DNA of 36,364 bases from Cyanophora paradoxa CCMP329 (lineage: Eukaryota > Plantae > Glaucophyta), in NCBI GenBank assembly GCA_004431415.1, contig QPMI01000358.1, positions 1 to 36,364 on the forward strand. Direction: 5' to 3'. Under the pieces are notes generated by a model that was given only the letters and a program-made list of their open reading frames with translations, made no database searches and was not told the origin of the DNA. Made by a program: the position numbers and the translations under genes. This document shows positions 31,972-36,364 of the stretch, piece after piece; position 1 is the stretch's first letter; the number at the start of each line of letters is the position of its first letter.

Positions 31972-34253
31972 CTAGCGGAGGGCGCGGAGCGGGGCGAAGC
32001 GGGCGGTGGAGGCGGCGCGGAAGGCCTCGGCGACGGCCGAGGGGCGGGCGCGGTCGGGGAGGCCCCGGGCGGCGCGCGCGCTCGCGGCGGCCCTCTCGAA
32101 GTTGGCGAGGTACATGACGATCACGAGCGCCGGCACGAACGCCTGCTCGAAGTCCTCCACGTCCTGTCGCAGCACAGGCACGTCAGCTGCAGGCGGGGCG
32201 GGGGCGGGGGCGGGGCGGGGCGGGGCGGGGGCGGGCCGGGAAGATGCCGTCGCCCTCGCCGAAGAAGAGGTGCCGGGCGGCGGCGGGCGCCCTCTCCCTC
32301 GCCGCCCTCGTCCCCACCCGCCGCAGCAGCGCCGCCGCCCGCCCCGGGTCCGCCTCGAGCGCCCCCTCCTCCATCGGCAGCTCCGCGAGGAAGTCCGCGA
32401 ACGCCTTCTGCACCTCCGGCGGGTACGCCACGTACAGCCTCGCATCGCCCCGCCCGCTCGCCGCCGCGCGGAGGGAGGGGGCGGGGGCGGGCCGGAGGCG
32501 CGGCCTCACCCGTAGTCGATGAGGGCGACGCGCCCGTCCGGCATAAGAATGAAATTCCCGGGGCTGCGTGCCGCCCCGTCAGGCCCCGCGCCGCCCCCGA
32601 GCGGCCCCCCCGCGCGCGAGCGCCGGCGCCGCGCACTGGGGATCCCTGCAGGCGAGCGGGTGTGAGAAAGCTGAAGGGCGGTATCAAGGCGGGGCGGGCG
32701 GGCGGGGGGTACGACTGGCTCTCGCCGATGTCGAACATGAAGCGCGCGAAGGCCTCGTACACCTGCCGTCCCCCCGGCGTCGGGGAGGGCCCGGGGGCGG
32801 GGCGGCGGGCCGGCGGGCCGGGGCGCGCACGACGTCGCGCTGGGCAGGGGCGAGGAGGTGCTCGAGCGGGGCCCGCCCTCGGGGGCAGGGCGGCCCGCCT
32901 GCAGCGCCTCCAGCGCGTCCTTGGCGGTCGGGCCCTCCATCCACTCGGAGACGAGGCCCGCCTCGTGCGCCTCAAGCGGCTCGGGCACCACGATCGCCAG
33001 CCCCGCCCGCGCCGCGAAGCGCCGCAGCCGCGCCTGGTTCTCCAGCTCCAGCCTGCGTCTCGGCCCCGCGCCCCGCTCGCGAGGGTTGCGGCGGAGGGGG
33101 CGGGCGGGGCGGGGGCGCGCCGCAGGTCGAGCTCGGAGTCCATCATGCCGAGGAGGCGGCCGCGGACGGCGGCGATCGAGGCGCGCACGCCGCGCGCCTC
33201 CGGCTGCCCCTCAAGGTACCGCGACAGCTGCCCCCGCCCCCCATCAAGAGGCAGCGGCACGCGGGACGGCCGGCGCGGCGGCAGGGCGGGGCGGGGCGGG
33301 GGCGGACGAGGTCGGCGATGTGGAGGTCGTCGCGGTAGCTCTGCCGGTTGACGCTCTCGTGGAGGAGCTTGACGGCGGCGGGGCGCCCCCGCCAGGTGCC
33401 CTTGAAGACGGCGGCCATCGAGGCCGAGGTGCACTCGAGCGCCCCGCCGTGCTGGCGCGCCGCGTGCAGCGCGGGGACGCGCAGGTCGGCCTCGCCGAAG
33501 CACGCGAGCTGCGCGACGAGGTATGCGCGCGAGCTCCGGCTCTCCGCCCCCGCCTGCGCGTCTGCCAGCTGCTCCTTGTACTCCCGCCGCGTCTGGTCAA
33601 GCTGCACCGCATACTGCGCCACCTGCCCCCGCCCCGTCGGCCCGCCGCCACGCCGCCCACGCGCGGGCCGGGCACTCCGGATTCCCGCCCCGCCGGCGGC
33701 GGGCGAGGCGGCTGGCCGCATGGGGCACCGCGAACCTTAATAAAGATGGAGCCGAACTGGTACATGGCGGTGCGCAGCCGCCGCGCGATCTCCGCGTGCG
33801 CCTCGTCCACCGGCATGCGCGGCAGCCCTGCCAAGCCGGCGCCCCGCGCGTTCGTGATCCGGGCCGGGCCCGCGAGGCTCGGAGGCCAAGGGCATGCCGG
33901 CGGGACGGACCGGGCAGGCCATAGAGCGCTCCGGCGTAGATCTTGAGCAGATCATCGACCGTCTCCTGCGATGCGCGGTCAGATGGGCTGGAGGGACGCC
34001 GACCGCTCCGAATGATCGGAAAAGAGCCGGGACGGAGAGCACGCGCGCGCGGGCGGGTCGAACCTTCGCGCTGAGTTCACGCGGCGTCTTGAATCTGCGC
34101 GGCGAGTTAGCTGCGTGTAAGCAGTCGCGGTCTAGGCCACGAAGCGATTCATGTCCGGATCCAGCCGACTGCTCACTCAATCTTCTGGCCGAGGAAGAGA
34201 TTCCATGCGCGTCCAGCAGCGCAGGCGATTCCGTCTTGCCATCCGATCGACAT
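31972..34253 (-). CDS. ABC1/ADCK/UbiB-family atypical kinase
   Basis: Spliced: MSIGWQDG... / RRLRTAMYQFGSIFIK / VAQY (K.[G/A]Q motif) ...SASMAAVFKGTWRGRPAAVKLLH...DL / ...ELDLR / LELENQARL...IVVPEP...LVSEWMEG / FMFDIGESQS / DPH / PGNFILMPDGRVALIDYG. ASxAxV, VAVK-like, ELD...E..N, DPHPGN and DYG are ABC1 motifs. One apparent homopolymer frameshift near 32870. Confidence 0.88.
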
Positions 34254-34511
34254 GGTTTCAAATCCGATCGGGCGCGGCTAGCATCCGCGGCCGGGACGCT
34301 GCTTATCCGCTCTAGCTACGCGATGCTGGCTCCCGGGGCCGGCTTTGTCTTCGGAAAGATGCGCTTACGCGGAGACGAAGTCCGGCCGCCCTGCAGCTGG
34401 CGACCGTCTCCCGCTAGCGCTGCACGTGCAAAAAAAACACAGCACGCTGGCGAACGCAGTGTCACGGTACCCGGGCTGGTACCCTTAGAATTAACTGAAG
34501 GGGCTAGTGGA

Positions 34512-36364
34512 TCAAATCTTCATGGCCTGCATCTGGGGCACGGGCGCGGCGGGGCCGGGGCCCGGGGCGGGCGGGGCGCCCTGAGGCCGGACGGGCGGGT
34601 TCGGCACGATGTTGCGGAGCCGATAGAACTGAGGCGGGACGCCTGATCAGCGAGCGAGCGCGCGCGCCGGGGCGGGGCGGGCGGGCGGGCATGGAGGAGC
34701 AGGCGCGGGGCGGGCGGACCTCGACGAGCTGGCCGGGGACCTCGGCAAGGACGGCGGCGGCGAGCGCCGGGGGGCCGGCGGCCGCGAACTGGCGGTACGG
34801 GACGAACTGCACGATGTCCCGCTGGCCCTTCCCCTTCTTCTTGCCCTTCTCCTTCTCCTTGGGCGCGTCGTCGCCGTCGAGGAGCTCCATCGAGTCGAAG
34901 TCGGCGCTGCCGACGCCCACGATGATGATCGAGAGGGGCGCGTTGCACGCCGCCGCCAGCGCCTCCCGCGTCTCCGCCAGGTCGTTGATCGCCCCGTCCG
35001 TCAGGATGAGCAGGATCGTGTACTTCTGCCGGCCCCCGTCCGCCGCCGCCGCCGCCACGCTCGTCGCCATCTTGATCGTCTGCCGCCCGCGCGCCCGTCG
35101 GCGTCGGCGGGGCGCGGGGCACAGGACGGGGCGCGGGGCGGGGACGGCGGGGGCCGCACGGGGGCGAAGAAGGTGGGGCCCGAGAGCCCGATCACGTTGA
35201 TCGCCTGCTTGTATCTGCCCCCAGCCCGCCCGCCCCCTCGGCTCCGCTCGGCGCTCCGCGGGGGCGGTTTGGGCAGGGGCGGGGCGGCGCGCACGCGGCG
35301 AGGATGCCGGGCACGCCGGGCACCTCGGGCTGCGCGGGCCCCGGCCTCGTGAGCCGAGGCCGAGCGGGCCGCGGGGAGGGGAGAGGGGGTCGCGCCTGGT
35401 TGGGGTTCCCGTTGAGGGCGAAGCAGTGGGACGCCGTCGAGGTGCCCGGGAGGCAGCCGCCGAAGCCGTACGCCTGCGGGCCCGGGTGCGTCGGCGGGGC
35501 CGCGCCGGCACCGGCGCGGCCCGGGCGTGGGACCGAGGCGGCGGGCGCACGTGGAACATCCTGTCGTAGTCCTGCGGGGCGGGGCGCCTCAGGCGGGGGC
35601 GGGGGCGAGGGGCGGGGGCGAGGGCGGACGTAGTTCTCGAGGATGCTGCCGACGGCCCCCAGCGCCTGCGCGTACTGGTTCGGCTCCGCGCCTCTGCCCC
35701 CACGTCAGGCCCGGGGCGGGGCGGGGGTCGGTCCCGGCCAGGGAAAGGCGAGAAGGGCGGGGGCACCCCATGTAGTGGAGGGAGTCGCGGGAGCGCGGGT
35801 CGCCATTGGAGCCCTGCGCGCGTGGCGTAAGGGCCGGGGCGGGGCGGGGCGGGGCGGGTAGCGGCGGACGGTGAAATCAACAGCGACGACGAGGGAGAGC
35901 TGCAGGGGCGGGGTCAGCGGAGGCTCGTCCCTGTGTCTAACCGCATCGCGTCGCCCTACCTCGCAGCCGCCGGCGAGGTAGTCGAGGAAGGAGTAGACGC
36001 GCTCCAGCCGGCTGTTCACGAGGAGGAGGAAGCCGGAGCCCTGCGCGGGGCGCGTCAGCCGGGGGGGCATCACCTCCCGCGCCGGGCGGGGCGGCGGGCC
36101 TTGTAGTCGGCGCCCTTCTTGGCCTTCTTCTTCTCGCTGACGAGGATCATGCCCTCGCCCGGCCACGTCCGCTCGATCAGCGCCCGCGTCGTCGTCTGCG
36201 CGGCCCCCTGTCGGCGGCGGCGGCGCCGGGGTGGGACGGCGGGCGGGGGGGCGGGCGGGCGGGCGGGCCTCGGTAGCGCCCACGAGGTCGTGCCCGCCGT
36301 CGTTGTCGTAGTCGAAGACCTGCCGCCCGGCCCTCAGCGGGGGCGGGGAGCCGGAGGGAGTCAA
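34512..36364 (-). CDS. Copine (C2B + vWA domains); 5' part lies right of the window
   Basis: Spliced: [14 protein letters not shown] / [12 protein letters not shown] / [10 protein letters not shown] / [15 protein letters not shown] / [18 protein letters not shown] / DYDRMFH / AYGFGG...[12 protein letters not shown] / [10 protein letters not shown] / LSGPTFFAP / [16 protein letters not shown]...[23 protein letters not shown]...[12 protein letters not shown]...[15 protein letters not shown] / FYRLRNIVP...stop 34512-34514. These are canonical copine motifs. Confidence 0.95.

Noticed and set aside
1-36364. tRNA, rRNA or snRNA genes
   Set aside because: No cloverleaf or conserved RNA motif recognised by eye; a tRNAscan-SE/Infernal run would be needed to exclude them formally.

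Overview
Eukaryotic, very GC-rich, intron-dense genomic DNA. Introns are short (about 50-200 nt) spliceosomal introns with GT/GC donors, (Y)AG acceptors and CTGAC/CTCAC-like branch points. This looks like an alga or protist, but the taxon cannot be fixed from sequence alone. Almost none of the supplied long ORFs is a real protein; the genes have to be spliced by eye. Gene order: PXMP4-like peroxisomal membrane protein (+, 5'-truncated), AKAP7-type 2H phosphoesterase (-), NAT8/camello-like GNAT acetyltransferase (+), CBM20 plus zinc-ribbon protein copy A (-), plant-type FAAH amidase (+), Cys-less BCP/PrxQ-like peroxiredoxin-fold protein (+), a ~16 kb lower-GC giant membrane-protein gene (-), CBM20 protein copy B (+), ABC1/ADCK kinase (-) and copine (-, 5'-truncated). 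The giant protein has LamG-like domains, a long GCC2_GCC3-type Cys-rich stalk, an RRLL site, then TM / short cytosolic loop / TM / ectodomain / TM. Most notable points: (1) the giant protein ends in a two-TM module with ERGIC(Erv41/46)- or DEG/ENaC-like topology; (2) a ~1.7 kb inverted segmental duplication brackets a 24 kb block; (3) GC-AG introns are unusually frequent; (4) a CBM20 + Ada-like Zn-ribbon fusion; (5) a peroxiredoxin-fold protein lacking its catalytic Cys. Several one-base frameshifts in G/C homopolymers look like consensus errors. All family assignments are from recalled motifs, not database searches.
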